Shown in pieces: positions 1 through 13,493 of a DNA stretch of 64,000 nt (within the stretch, counting starts at the first letter, position 1; each line of letters starts with the position of its first letter). Origin of the DNA: Negaprion brevirostris. Lineage: Eukaryota. The stretch lies in the NCBI GenBank assembly GCA_030324005.1, contig JARDVH010000073.1, positions 93,641,337 through 93,705,336 on the forward strand, in the 5' to 3' direction. Position numbers and translations under genes: made by a program. The notes below the pieces were generated by a model. It was not told the DNA's origin, made no database searches, and saw only the letters and a list, made by a program, of their open reading frames with translations.

Positions 1-72
1 TGATCTTATTGAATGGCGGGGCAGGCTCGAAGGGCTAGATGGCCTACTCCTGCTCCTATTTCTTATGTTCTT
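1..72 (+). mobile_element. CR1-type LINE 3' tail (truncated by window start)
   Basis: 'gaatggcggggcaggctcgaagggctagatggcctactcctgctcctatttcttatgttctt' matches the CR1 3' end seen in other copies here (about 6.35 kb on minus, 63.6 kb on plus). Confidence 0.7.
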
Positions 73-1117
73 GTAAGTGCAAAAATTGTACTGCATGACA
101 AACAGCTGATGAATTTGGTTAATGGAAAGACTTAGATTAATAAAGGTCTTAAACCATTTAAGAAAACCAGGTTAATGGCTCTGTCAAAGTAGCAGACAAA
201 GTAATTTCATACAAACGCACATCCTAATATCACACTGTGTCATTTGCAGGCCATAGAGAATAACAGATGGCTGGGAGTGTATTACAGCTGTCAACACAAT
301 CATGGTGTGAGGTGGCAAAAGTGCAATTGGGAAACTGCTGCTGTTTATCCCATTACCTGACCCTCTTGAGTGTACCTCGAACTCTCTGTGTTATGCCTTT
401 ACCAATTTTGAAAAATTTAATATGTAAGCGTCGATTTACAACTTTTGCGTTTTTACGGTTTGGGCTTCATTACATTTTCTGTTCATCCACCTAACAATTC
501 CTGTGCTTAGTTTTCCCACACTGTTTTACGACTTAGAAAGAGATTTTGTTTTTTATAAAACAGTATTGTAATGCCGGAGCAGTGCTTCTTGTTGAACGTA
601 AAAACTGTGTTTTTACATGACACTGAGGACTATTAAAAAAATTGCCTTGCATTTTTAGCATATTTTAACCATCTCGTAAAGTAGAGATAGAACAATGTGT
701 GAACCATTACATTGTGCAAGAATTCACAGCACTATATTAGCTGTCAGTTTTACTGTAAACTTTCAGGTCTAATATCACAGTTAGTCATAATACATGACTC
801 TCAAGTCAATTACACCAGAACCCTATTGACAAGGGCCCAACTTTTATACATATAAAACTACCTGGGAGTGAATTAAGTGGGAGAGGGCGGGTCTCTGCTG
901 CCATCAATTAATGATCTATGTTTTGTGTTTCTGTTGTTATTATTTCATCAGAAATCCTCAACTGTGGGATAATTCTATCATTCAATTCTACTTTCTGTTC
1001 ATTCTGTCATTGACTGTGCACATCTTCTGTGTGTAAAGGATCATTTCACTGTCTGCGATGGTGATCGTTCACTACAATAAGCTTTAAAGAGCTGATCCAC
1101 TTTGGTAAATTATGATC

Positions 1118-1921
1118 GGGGTTATCTGATCCCCCACCCACGACAGGTAACCCACAGATGGGAAGGGAAATTTGGCAGCCTGGCAAAATGCCTGTTGACT
1201 AGCAGCAGGAATTTCTCACCCTATGGGGGGATTTTCAAACGGCGCTCACTGTGAGGGAAAGTGGCTACGCCAGCGGTAAATCCCGTGACACCGCGGGAAT
1301 GAGAATCCCACTGGGGAGATCTCTTTCCTAGATTTTCCCCCGCCCCTCGCCGATTCCATTCTGAATGATAACCTCCCTTAAATACATTTAAATAAATTTA
1401 AATGTATTTAAAGGGCTCCCCTGTCATATGATCTTCCTCTCCCACCCCCGCCAGAGTAGGAAACTCCCCCCTCGCTGACGTGATGGCACGTCACCGAAGT
1501 TGACAACATCTGCAAAGCTTAAAGCTGTCAAGAAAAACTTGCTGGGGGCACTAAGTTAAGCTTAGCCCCCAAGGGGAGATGGCCATTCCTGGGCAGTGCC
1601 CTAGCACAGCCCCTGGCACTGTCTCCTTCTGGGATGCTCTGATGCCTGTGGTGGGGTGGGAGGGGAGGGTCATCTCATGAGTGGCTCCTCTATGTCTGTG
1701 GCGGGGAGGGGGAGTTATCTTTTAAAGCAAACCAAGGGTGCCCTTTAGAGATGGCGCCTTGCCCACTCTGTCAGGTGCTACCCCACTAGAGTGATGCTGC
1801 AAAACATGCCCCAGATTTTCTGTGCACTGAGTGCCAGGGAATGTGCAGAGAAAACTGCAGCTGAAAAGCTACACACAGTTTTCTCGCTGAAACTGACAAA
1901 CTATGGGAAGACTCCTCCCAA
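1118..1921. mobile_element. GC-rich non-autonomous DNA transposon/MITE-like remnants
   Basis: GC-rich block with degenerate inverted ends (gggggattttc...gaagactcctccc) and an internal perfect 16-bp palindrome at 1378-1411. The 'cctggcactg/cagtgcc' motifs are shared with 9490-9820. Confidence 0.45.
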
Positions 1922-2084
1922 TAATTCAAAAATCCAGTTCCAGACCATATTCAGCAATCAATAGGAGCTCTCACTCACTTCATAAACCGAACATTGATGC
2001 AATAATTCTGTATTATGCAGAGTCTCCACCTCAGCAAAGTAGTTGCAGACCAGTTGGAAAAGCACTGCGCAGTGTGCTACTGAG

Positions 2085-2345
2085 CTGCTGGAGGTGCCAA
2101 GTTTAATATCTGATTTGTGCCCAGTGCACTGGGGTGACAGTAAGAGTGTTACAATTGGCCTCAGCACAGATTAAGTGGGGCAGAAAAATGAGCCAAGGTT
2201 CCTGCTGCTAATTACTATCCGGTAACTACCATTGCATAGGTGTGGCCATCTGGAGAGAGCAAGATTGGGGACAGGGCTAACGCTCTGCATTGCCAGATAA
2301 CTTGCTGACAGTCACTACAGGGAAGCACATGTGAAGAATGGTGAG
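2085..2345 (+). mobile_element. Old SINE-like interspersed repeat
   Basis: Contains 'acaattggcctcagc...agccaaggttcctgctgcta...tatccggtaac...cacatgtgaagaatgg'. Related fragments occur at about 14570-14620, 23890-23990 (minus) and 56890-57010. Confidence 0.4.
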
Positions 2346-3149
2346 GTATTTCATCTTATCAGAGTCACCCCTTTAAGAGAGCTGGGTGTGAGGAGAAAAT
2401 TGGAGAGACAAATGGGACTGCATTACTTCACTCTGAGGATTCCCATTTTGGTAACAAACCAGATTCTCATCAAAAGTCACCTTCAGTTAAAAGGCTCTTT
2501 CTGTTCTGAAACAACTGCCCCTTTATTCCTAATGTTTATGCATTGCCTATACTGCTGTCTTATGTGACACTGACTATAGTGCATACCTTGCTTCATGGAT
2601 CCTGCTATAATGAAGATGCTCCATGTACCTTTAAATGCACTAGAAAATCTCAGATAGCAGTTTCTTCTCACTTGTGATCTTGATGGCCCTTACAGGGCAG
2701 CTTAACAGAATATTATTTTAATGGGAATTGTGAAAAGAACAATTGGAAAAAGCCCAAAGAGAGTGTTCTTTAATAGGCATTCTGTACCAAACCATAATTT
2801 TGGATTGAAATCTAAACTTTTATACTGATTGGGCTGGTTTCTGATGTGGCATCCCAATAATTCATTACTCTGTCTGAATCACTTTTATCTACATTAAGTC
2901 TTCAAACAATGAATTGGCTTCCATCAGGATGGTTGGCTCACAATTAGAGTACCCCTCCAACAGTTAAACTCTTCACAACGTTTCACTTCTGTGGGAGCCC
3001 TGAATGAAACTGAACAGTCTGGAATTCTTTTATCAATTCCTCATGTGTTTTACAGCGGGGATTTGCAGGGCTTGAGGGTCCTCTAAAATAGGAAACTGCG
3101 CCTTCAGGACGAATTTAAAATCAATTTTAGGGAGGGCTTTGGATGGCTT

Positions 3150-3278
3150 CATAGAATCATAGAATATCTCCAGTGCAGAAGAAGGCCATTCAGCCTATCG
3201 GGCCTGTACCCACCACAATCTCACGCAGGCCCTACTCCCGTAACTCTACACTATTTACCCTGCTAATCCCCCTGACAC
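3150..3278 (-). mobile_element. SINE 3' fragment with CR1-derived tail
   Basis: 'catagaatcatagaat...cagtgcagaagaaggccattcagcc...ccctgctaatccccctgacac' is similar to 4740-4900, 13176-13290 and 55965-56130. Confidence 0.6.
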
Positions 3279-4739
3279 ATTTTGTTAAAAAAAACAAATA
3301 AATGATTTGAGGGTAACTTTCTCACAATAAATGCTATTGGCTTTGAAAAGTGTACAATATCATCAGCAATAATCACGGTACATAAATGTGAATCAGAATT
3401 TACACTGAGAAGACAAATTTCCTTATAACACAAATTTTAGCCAACACTCATTCATTGCTGTGGTAATGATGGTAAAACTTGCAGCAATTTAAGTCACTAC
3501 TCCCCTGAAACTTTATGAGTCCACAGATGTGGAGAACCACCAGGAAATACAGAAATGATTGTCAGTGAATCAATGCTCCCTCATAGTATGTGCTGTTCAG
3601 GTCCCACAGACTGTAATCTCCACTAACATCAAGATTTGATAAAAACTTTGATGCTGGTAGTCTGGCTGTAGAAGTAATTTCTTCAAGAAATTACACCTTG
3701 TTGAATGAGGCGTACCTGGGTTTTTGACCTTGTAATAACATCTGAATTACCACTACACATGAAAAGTTAACTTTCTACTGTGGACTATTATATTTCTGCA
3801 CAATGATTAAGTTATTTTAAGTTATTATGATTTTATTATCATCAGACCTACCTGAAATTTCACATTAAAAGTGAAGGCATTTTTAACTTCCCGGTTTGCT
3901 GTGTGAGTGGTTGGTTCCTCACATGTTTGCTGACATCACTGCTGCTGCACAATCAGACATCCCCCTGACCGGGGCACCAGATTTAAACAGCTGCCCAAAG
4001 GTGAAACTACATCAGTAGAGATCACTAGATCTTTGTGGGCAACTTTCTTTGAGATGAATGGGTGAGAGTCCTTGTTTCACCACTGGCCAATTCCCAAAAG
4101 TGGGGCTACCAAAAACATATCATGCAACACCCAGCAAAGAAAGTACCCCCTACCCTGCCCCCAAATCCTAGTTTATTACCTAATATTGCATTGAGAGATT
4201 ACAGCAAGCCTTCAAGCTTCTGTAAGTGCAGATGGAAGCACACGCATGCACACGCACTCCAACCAAAGGAAATTTTTGGCAGTAACTCGACTGATAAAAA
4301 TGGAACCAAATTCCAGTTTTATTGAACACAGAGTCAACACTGATCTAAGGAGACCTATAATATTCAAATCTAGTTTCATGCAACTCCCCCCCTCTTCCCC
4401 CTTTTCAGTCCTGATCTATTGCGCATAAGAGGATTCCACTGTGCCTGTAATTGCTTTCACTTGTAATTGTTCACCACAATGACAATGTGGCGCCTTGTTG
4501 ATTACTGGAATATATCCCGCTCTGGATGTAATTGAAAACATCAATGAGAATTCAAATTCACAGAACAACAAACTGCAGCTCACTGAATTATACGTAACAC
4601 TAAATGATTTGAGCACAATCACTCTCCTGTGTCTGGTGAACATATTCCCATCTGGGCTTTGGGCCGGACAGCTCAGTCCAAAATCCAGAAATACTAAAAT
4701 GGAAACCAGGCACCAAAATCTTGATCATAGATCCTGGAT

Positions 4740-4900
4740 CATAGAATCCTACAGTGCAGGAGGAGGCCATTCGGCCCACCGAATCTGCACTGACAACAAT
4801 CCTATCCAGGCCCTATTCCCATAACCTCATGCATTTGTCTAGATAGACACTAAGGGGTATTTCAGTGTGGTCAATCTACCTAACCTGCACATCTTTGGAT
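4740..4900 (-). mobile_element. V-SINE/HE1-type SINE 3' part
   Basis: 'atagaatcctacagtgcaggaggaggccattcggccc...cctaacctgcacatctttgga'. Confidence 0.65.
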
Positions 4901-6329
4901 TATTAAAATAAAAACTGGTTCTATCCTACCTCTCCCCCATTTTTTGTCTTGCTATTCAGCTATGAAAGTGCAAGTTATTAAGACATCTTTGATTCTAAAT
5001 GAATTTTAAGCAGACGAGCAAAACTCAGTGATCACACCCTTTCTCCCTTTTTCTGCATCCTGTCCAGCTTCTGACTTGGCAAGTCAATGAACCTTAATTT
5101 TAAGCACACCCAGAGGAAATGCAATCAGGTCTTGGATTAATCCAATCAGTCATATACTTGGGTGATTTGTTTTTGTGGGTGCTGGACTAAACTCACAATG
5201 TGACAACTGTTACAAAAGGGGACACTGCCCTTTGCAACATATTGGCAAAAGAGACTGACAGAGCAGCAAGATGTGTGCAAAAGGACAATACTTTCCTACT
5301 GACCGATTTCCAATCTGAGTGATGCCATGATGTCAGCCAAACTTTCCTCATAACTTCCAAAATAGCAATTGCTATTAAAATGCTGCTTGTGGCCAAATGG
5401 AAAAACTCGATTAGCATGGCCACGGGCCTTGAAATGCCATATGGGATAGTCCTGCATGAGTGCTTCATCCATTCTTGCAAAATTCCTACCCCCACCATTT
5501 GAGCAGAGGCATTCATTCATTTATTATAAATGGTTTAGCGCTTCTATTAAGATAGCAGAGAGGGACTTACATACAATCGAGTTAAGCGTTCCTACTGTGG
5601 TGTCCCACGCATAATTTCATAGCCAATGTTTTTAAACATTGAAATAGCAGAACATTAAGGTAGCACGGAGAAAAATGCAATATATCCAAACAGGGCGATC
5701 TGTTCATTGTGTACCTTCAGACTGAACATTGGGCTAGGGCACTGTACAGGGACAAGCTGCAGTTCTAATGATTTCCTGTCAAACACTATTTTCTGAGTGG
5801 GGGTGGGATGTTAAGGAATGACCTGGGATTTTGCCCATTGGATGTGTACAGACTGAATAAGCAATATTTAACATAAAGCCAAAAAAAGAACTTCACTAAA
5901 TCTGCCACATAATATAAATCCAATTGTATTAAGCCTGGATAATTCTGGCTTTGAGCAGATTCTAGACATAAATCTTGCTGTTTTAATATCCTAATTTAGT
6001 AGCAATATTCTTTGCTTATTAAAACTTTTTCCATGAGATGCAAGGATTGCATGAAAGGAAAAGGGTTCCATCTATTTGACCAGAGTGTGGTGCTTATTTA
6101 AAGTGGCCCAGTATATCTCCACACTGGGTGTGTCTGATGTTGCCTGGGACTGAATAAGTAACCTTTTGATAATTTTTATTTTTTAATTTTAAAATGACAT
6201 CCAGTATTGCCATAAACAAGGCAAGAATGGCTCCACTCATTTTGCATAAAGATAACTTAAAATCATTCATGAACATTTCCTGTGGGCAATATTTCCAGTA
6301 AAATGAAAGTATATTTCTAATTTCACCGA

Positions 6330-6760
6330 TCTAAGAACAAGCTCAAAAGAATATAAGGAATAGGAGCAGGAATAGACGTATGGCCCCTTGAGTCTGTTCC
6401 ACCATTCAGTACAACTTTGGCTGATATTCTGTCCTAACTCCACGCTCCTGCTCACTCTCCATAGCTTTTGAAATCCTAAGATATTAAAAATCTGTCTCTA
6501 TTGTTCTTAAATATATTCAACAATAAAGCAGCATAACCCTCTGGGGTTGACAATTCCAAAGATTCACAACCCCCCCAAGTGAAGAAATTTCTCATCTTAG
6601 ACCAATTCTCCTAAGGCTGTGCCCCTGTGTGTTAGATTCCAGAGGTAACAACTTCTCAGCATCTACCCTGTATTGTCCCTGAAAATATTGTATGGTCTAC
6701 ACAATGACCTCTCATTCTTCTAAACTCCAGACAGTATCGGTCCAAGTTGCTCAAATTATC
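6330..6760 (-). mobile_element. CR1 LINE 3' end
   Basis: 'aataggagcaggaatagac...ttccaaagattcacaacccc...gaagaaatttctc' is the reverse complement of the CR1 3' UTR and ORF2 end. Confidence 0.65.
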
Positions 6761-7561
6761 ATGGGGTGGAATCTTCTGCCCTTCTCTGTTGATGAGTCTG
6801 TTGACAAGGCCAGCATTTAATCAGGCAGGAAGGTGATGAGTGCTGACCCCACCACCTTCCAACTTCAATCCTGAGTAAGTCCATGGCAAGAAGGCCTGTG
6901 GATGGCCTTCCTACATGGTGACCAATTGAGGCCCATTGGTGGCCAATTTATGTCCTCAAAGGGCTCATTCTGCCACCACAGGTATTAATAAAGAGATGGG
7001 CAGAATGACAAGCAAACCATGAGTGGACTCTTGGGGACATGACAGGGATTTNNNNNNNNNNNNNNNNNNNNNNNNNNNNNNNNNNNNNNNNNNNNNNNNN
7101 NNNNNNNNNNNNNNNNNNNNNNNNNNNNNNNNNNNNNNNNNNNNNNNNNNNNNNNNNNNNNNNNNNNNNNNNNNNNNNNNNNNNNNNNNNNNNNNNNNNN
7201 NNNNNNNNNNNNNNNNNNNNNNNNNNNNNNNNNNNNNNNNNNNNNNNNNNNNNNNNNNNNNNNNNNNNNNNNNNNNNNNNNNNNNNNNNNNNNNNNNNNN
7301 NNNNNNNNNNNNNNNNNNNNNNNNNNNNNNNNNNNNNNNNNNNNNNNNNCTCAGGCACTCTTGATGGATGAACAGTGGGTCTCCCCTCCCCACCCCGCCC
7401 AACCCTCCAGCTCTATTTAATGCCACCAGGGAGGAAGTGACTAACGATGGTGTAACGCCCACTCTGGTGCAGCTGGCATTCAATAGAGCCACTGTCGTTT
7501 GGCCAACAGCTCATGTATGCAGGCCTCATCAAAGCACTATAGAATTGCAGCAATACACTTA

Positions 7562-7688
7562 GGCCGGAATTTTACTGACATTCCAGCCCCGATTCTAGTG
7601 GCGGACTCAGCTCAGAGAACAGCATTCTCCATTGGCATCGAGCGGGATCGTGTGAAACTTGGGCGGATGTGCCGTTAAAATTCCGCCC
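7562..7688. mobile_element. PIF/Harbinger-type MITE
   Basis: Terminal inverted repeats ggccggaatttta / taaaattccgccc (1 mismatch), flanked by TTA on both sides (7559-7561 and 7689-7691). TTA/TAA target duplication is characteristic of PIF/Harbinger. Confidence 0.7.
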
Positions 7689-7854
7689 TTAGTGGGGGAT
7701 CATATGGACAAATTCCTGAGTGCCAGCCAACCAATCAATTAACCAATATTTAAATATAAGGTATATAAAATGCTAAAATTACAACAAAAAGAGTTAACAT
7801 TAAACCACAGATTGAGCTCTTCTTCAATAGTGACTGCTGTGCTGTTACTTCATG

Positions 7855-7935
7855 GTGTGGAGATGCCAGCGTTGGACTAGTCAATGACTACCATTGACAC
7901 CACAAACTGCCGGCTCCAAGTGGAGATTTCTTACA
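7855..7935 (-). mobile_element. Penelope-like element micro-insertion with 13-bp target duplication
   Basis: Direct repeat ctgttacttcatg at 7842-7854 and 7936-7948. The start 'gtgtggagatgccagcgttggact' matches the Penelope end at 51460 and, inverted, at 47730-47750. Confidence 0.6.
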
Positions 7936-7960
7936 CTGTTACTTCATGCCATAGCAAATC

Positions 7961-7988
<28 letters not shown>
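7961..7988. repeat. (GT)14 microsatellite
   Basis: Directly visible. Confidence 0.95.
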
Positions 7989-7992
<4 letters not shown>

Positions 7993-9489
7993 GCAGACAT
8001 GTGCACTACCCCATACTGTACATTTTAACCAAGTCAAAATTTTTATTCTACTAGCTGACAAGGAAGCTTTTGCACATCAAAAATTGCAAAGACGAATTTT
8101 GTAGCACTGGCGTTTAATGGGTTAGTGTGCCTTTTGAAGAAGGAATTGGCAGTTGACGCAACTTGAGTTTGATTCCTAATGTGGCTTTATTAATGTTAAC
8201 AAGAGCTGTGAATTGCCACCTACCTTACAACTAACCCTACTTGCAAGACAGTACAATGCGCAGTGACAAATAAGATAGGTGCCTTGTCAAATCTGACCCG
8301 GAGGCAGATACAGCTGGATTGAGACAGAGTGCCAGCAGAACATGTTAGCAAAAAAAAAATGCTTATTTAAGAGGGGAAAGAAGCTAATTATTTTAAACAC
8401 TCTCAGGAGGCACAAACACAAGTGTTTAAATGATTTTTTTTCTTTTATTATTATTCCTAGCCCCTGTTATTGAGTATGCCATTAATAATGTTTCCCCCAT
8501 GAATTTGCATTGCTGTTAGTGAAGGGCAGCTCCACATCATTCAGCAATGTCTGCAATAAGTAACATGCAGATCCTTTCAGGCTGTTTTACCACAATATTA
8601 AGGGAAAGGGGCAAGAGTTAATTAAAACGTTGTGTAACAGCTGCACAGTAACTGCTAAATGGCCCCTCAGAGTATGGATATTTGTGGGAAGGATTATACC
8701 ACATAATGTAAGTACATTACTGTTAAGCCTGGGCAATTCTGGTTTTAAACCCAGTATTTTAAAACTTTTCCACTTAGAGGACATCCTATTGAGGCTGACA
8801 ACGCCTGTTCGTTCTTCTTCAAAGGATCCAATCACGATAATTTCAAAATGTGATAATAATATCAAAGTTACTAAAACCAGTGATTGCCGCCGGACCGCAA
8901 TGCAGAGTGAAAGAGCTTGAAAAAAGTGTGGCTGTAGCGGCTTAAATACCTGCATATAACTCACAGAATCAAATTCTATATATGATTCTATAAGCTTCAA
9001 AGCTTAGCAGTGAGGTGTCATTCTTCACCAGAAAGGATGTTGATAAGATCCTTTCAGTATTCAGCCAGTTCAGGCACTTGTTGGGCAAGATGCCTACGTC
9101 ACTTCTTTTCTTCACTTTTCTCTCTTCCTTTCTCGAAGGCACTGACTTAAGCTGGGTAAAATTCTACAGGCAGTATTGCAAGTGGGGTCTTGTTGGCCTG
9201 CAGGGCTTGGCTTCACTCGGCCATTATATTTAGCAATGGAGCAATTGATTGGTCGCACCAGGGCACTTTCACTCAATAAATACTTTTAATTGTGTGATGA
9301 GACTATTCACTTCCACAAACAACAAAGGTGAGTGGTTTACGACATCCACCACGTTCATGGACCATCCATTCTTTAGTCCAGCTTTACCTGATTTGATTTG
9401 GAGAGATCTCCTTCTTCTGCTCCCAGAAACTGAGCATTCAGGCATCCAGGCAAAACTCCGGCAAAATTGATTTCGATGGAATGTGTACA

Positions 9490-9820
9490 GTGAGTGGAAT
9501 TTTCCCTTTTGTTTTGCAGAGTGTGGCAAGGGTGACATTGAGGCTGTGGGCCCCAACGGCAGCTTTCTCTACCATATCGTTAGGAGCTCTGAAAAAAGAG
9601 GTCCAAGGGGCAAGCCCGTAGTGTCATGCTGAGGGGGCAGGGCTAGCAACCGTCTTTGTAAAGACTGGGGTGCCATTTATAAAGGCCAGCCCGGTGTACA
9701 AAAGCAGAAATAGAACATCCCTTTCCCCGTGCACCTGGCACTACCTAGGAAATGCCCTGGCACTGCCCAAGCATTGGCTTTGGAGACAGTTCCCTGGCAA
9801 TGCCAGGGGCAGTGTCTAGA
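9490..9820. mobile_element. MITE-like remnant related to 1118-1921
   Basis: Starts 'gagtggaattttcc' and has repeated 'cctggcactgccc/tgccaggggcagtg' motifs. Confidence 0.35.
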
Positions 9821-10296
9821 ACTCTAAAGAGTCTCTTCTGCAGACTCTTCTAGTCTCCTCAGTAAGGTGTGTGAAGGTTCCACATGAAAAGCAATTTTTG
9901 AAGGTAAGGTTTTATTGTCATGCCACCTCTTTGCAACCATGAGGATATGAGAACAGGTTAACAAACTTCTTCTGTCCCCCCTGTCACCAGCACTGCCGTT
10001 GCTCAAGAAAATTGAATCGGAACAACAATAGGCATCAACAAATTCCCTTTAAGAGAAGCAAAACACTTGTTAAATTTAGGTCAGGAAATTTGAATTCCTT
10101 TTGCGTTTGGGCAGACAAGAAAGCAGTTCAGCTACAGATGCATAATGGTGCTGAGGATCTGACAGTATTTATCATTGCTAGTTCCAGTATTAGGCACAGT
10201 GTCGTAAAAATGTTACTTGAATCATTCCATGTAAGAGATTTGGTATTATTTCAAAAAATTATATTTATAAAACATCGTTTCAAAGAATGATTTTTT

Positions 10297-10601
10297 AAAG
10301 TTTATTTATTAGTGTTGCAGATAGGCTTATCTTAACACTGCAATGAAGTTACTGTGAAAATCCCCCAGTCGCCACACTCTGGCGCCTGTTCCAGTACATT
10401 GAGGGAGAATTTAGTATGGCTAATGCACCTAACCAGCACGTCTTTTAATCTGTACAAGGAAACCAGAGCACCTGGAGGAAACCCACACAGACTCGGGGAG
10501 AATGGGCAGACTCTGCACGGACAGTGACCCAAACCAGGAATGGAACCTGGGTCCCTGGCATTGTGAGGCGACAGTGTTAATCACTGTGCCACCACACCAC
10601 C
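10297..10601 (-). mobile_element. tRNA-derived V-SINE (shark HE1-like), near full length
   Basis: Minus strand head ggtggcacagtgattaacactg...ccaggttccattcc (A/B boxes), V-domain 'gggtttcctccaggtgctctggtttcct' and tail 'aataaataaacttt'. Highly similar to 10818, 48689 and 62717. Confidence 0.85.
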
Positions 10602-10817
10602 AAGGAATTATCCCCTACAGGTTGCATTACAATGCAATTATCACCACACACTTCAAACCCAGCCAGAATCAAAGTGTCCCCATTTTCTGTGAGAAGGTCT
10701 GCACAGAAGAGTTAGTTGGTTATTTTCTCTGAATTTTACACATACAAGGATAGCAATATTGGGAAGTAGGACATTTTGAGGCATCAAGCACTCCTAGTTC
10801 AGATACAGATGAAGAAT

Positions 10818-11106
10818 AAGTTAAAGTTTATTTATTAAGTATGCTTACATTAACATTTCAATGAACTTTCTATGAAAATCCCCTAGTCACCAGATTCCGG
10901 TACCTTTTTGGGTACCCTGAGGGAGAATTTAGCATGGCCAATGCACCTAACCAACACATTTTTTGGACTGTGGGAGGAAACCAGAGCACTCAGAGGAAAC
11001 CAATGCAGACACAGGGAGAAGTGCAGACTCCACACAGACAATGACCCAAGCTGGGAATCAAATCTGGGTCTTTAGCACAGTGCTAACCACTGTGCCACCG
11101 TGTCCC
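10818..11106 (-). mobile_element. tRNA-derived V-SINE (same family)
   Basis: Same head, V-domain and tail as 10297-10601, with an internal deletion. Confidence 0.85.
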
Positions 11107-13175
11107 CAGAATAAGCCACTGCACTATGTTGTATTCCTCTGCACACATCATTTAAATCATTCTAGTCAGCAAAAAATGTTTACTATTTGCTGACAATATT
11201 AGTTATTAGAGTTAGGGCAAGTCTTAATAGCAACAACTCACATTTCTTCGAGCTCCTCATATTAAAATATTTCAGGAAAATGACAGACACCAAGCAAGAG
11301 GAAAGAAAAGAAGGAACATGGAACTGGGGGAGTTGGATAACAACACTAACCAAAGGAAGAGGATCCAGGTGGTTTCAAAAGCTTGGAGGTAAGTGGCAAG
11401 GAAGAAATTAAAGGAAGAGGTATGGAAGGGGCAATTGCCTGAAAGAATGAGTACCATGGGTGGAGCAAATGGAGTGAGGAGCAAGAAGTAAACTTTACCT
11501 AAGGGTGGAGAAAGCATTGAGGGAGAGTAGATCAAAAGATGAAGGCAAAAATCCTGAAACTAATTTGCTAACACATGGAACATACAGCCGGCAGTCATGA
11601 CCACGCACTAAGGGAACTACACAGAGCAGTTCTTGCCACAGATTAAACTCCTCTGCTAATTATAACAGTGATTCAGTTGGGAATCACTTTGTTGAAACAA
11701 GAGACATTGCGCAATGAATTTTTGTTAAGCACTTTGAAAACAATCACTTTGCAAGTTTTAAGTACAATTTGATGAGTGCACCACAGTGAATTCATTTTTA
11801 GTAATATGAGACATGAACTGACTTTTAAAGAAAACTTAATGAAAATAAAGCATCTGGATAAAAACAGAAAACCGTATTTATATATTATGTATGTGGTGTT
11901 TTTATTTGTTTATTTTTAAATCTTGCACAGTTAGTGCCCTTCAAATAGATGTAATTCATGTCACTAAATATAACATTTAAATCCTTTCTTCAAGAAGTAA
12001 CCAAGAAGTGATTTCCTTCATCCAGTAGGTCTGACACAGACTGTTTATAATAGCAATGATATCAGACCATACACCAGTAACAGTAATTGGATAACACACC
12101 GGGTACTTTCTAAATGGGGAGGGGGAAATTCAAGGGGAATAAATCAAGTGCAAAAGAAACAACTCTTTCAACACAAACAGAAAAGGGTCTCATTTTCATT
12201 TTAGAGAAAGGAAATACAAACAAGCAGAATAAAAATAGTCAATGCACAAACCCACAATGAGAGGGTTGATAGAGAAAAATACTTTCAACTCGGAATGGTT
12301 TTGGATTGTAAGCAAGTCAGCCACAGAAGAGCGTGGATTGGCATTAATGTTTGTAGAAAATTATAAGTGTATTTGGAGAGAAATGCAGCAGCATAACCGC
12401 CTGCACACTGCACTCACTTTCAACAACACTCGGCCTCACTGCCAGTACAGACAGCCCAAACCACTGCATTTTAATTACTGTACTGCTGTGCACATGTGGC
12501 TGTTTGATATGCAAATGTGTTCCATCCCAAACAGTCCACTCACACAGCTGTAGGTACAGTAATCCTTATCTGCTTCATGAAAGATAAATCAGAATTGTGT
12601 CCTGACACCTGGTCACAAAATATGGAACCTTACTGAAATGTGGAAAGCGTTCTTACTTGTTGATGCTGCCAACTCATATCCAAACCTGTTGACTTTTTGA
12701 TGTCCATGACTTGAACAGGAATACACAAGTACGCTTTCTGTATTCTCTTTCAATAAACCAGGTGGCTTCACTGCTTTCTGTCTTTCCTCCAACAATTACT
12801 TTTGTTTTGGGTGGTCTTTGATGAAGGTCTTTTTTTTATTTTGACATGCCTCTATAGAGTCCCTTTGTTCAGTTTCTGTGCTACCTCAGGGGCCAATGTC
12901 TGCATCAATGAATGTACAACTGGTGCTGCAGACAGAGATCAATTTTAACCAGGTTTGGGAGCTGATCATGCTCAAACTCTGTTTGGCAAACCATCTATTT
13001 TGCATGGTCACCTTCAGTGCTAATAAATAAAGCAATCAACTGTCATCACAGCTATGTCAAATGAAGCATCCCATTCAATGGCTGGGCATTAGCAGTAGCC
13101 ACATCATTTAAGACTGAAATTGGCAGCCTTGCAATAAACCCATATTGAAAAAGAATTACTAACGTCAAGCATACA

Positions 13176-13493
13176 ATAATAGAATGCCTGTAGAGTAGAA
13201 GGAAGCCATTCAGCCCATCAAGCCTGCAATGACAACAATCCATCCCAAGACCTTTCCCTGTAACATATTCACCCTGCTAGACCCCCTGACTCTAAGGGGC
13301 AATTTAGCATGGCCAATCAACCTAATCGCATATCTCTGGAGTGTGGGAGGAAACTGCAACCCTTGGAGGAAACCTACACAGACGTGGGGAAAACATGCAA
13401 GCTCCCAACAGACAATCACCCAAGGCAGGAATTGAACATGAGTCCCATACACTGTGATGCAGCAGTGCTAACCACTGCGCCACCATGTCACCC
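13176..13493 (-). mobile_element. HE1-like V-SINE with CR1-type tail
   Basis: Head 'ggtggcgcagtggttagcactgctgcatcacag', V-domain, and tail 'gggctgaatggcttccttctactct...attctat'. Confidence 0.8.

Noticed and set aside
1378-1411. Perfect 16-bp AT-rich palindrome
   Set aside because: It lies inside a MITE-like repeat, where such palindromes are expected.
5193-5520. Overlapping 107-aa and 74-aa minus-strand ORFs
   Set aside because: No recognisable domain or convincing splice signals; length is within chance expectation.
6948-7492. Long ORFs spanning N runs (also at 29.3-33.3, 46.9-47.7, 49.6-50.5, 51.6-52.2 and 60.0-60.7 kb)
   Set aside because: They are open only because N codons contain no stops.
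10332-11193. ORFs such as MDCGRKPEHSEET.. and CGFPPGALVS.. recurring across the window
   Set aside because: They are translations of the non-coding V-SINE body.
12613-12930. Possible minus-strand exon (acceptor-like tctgtctgcag, donor-like acaa|gtaaga)
   Set aside because: All three frames contain stops and there is no recognisable homology.
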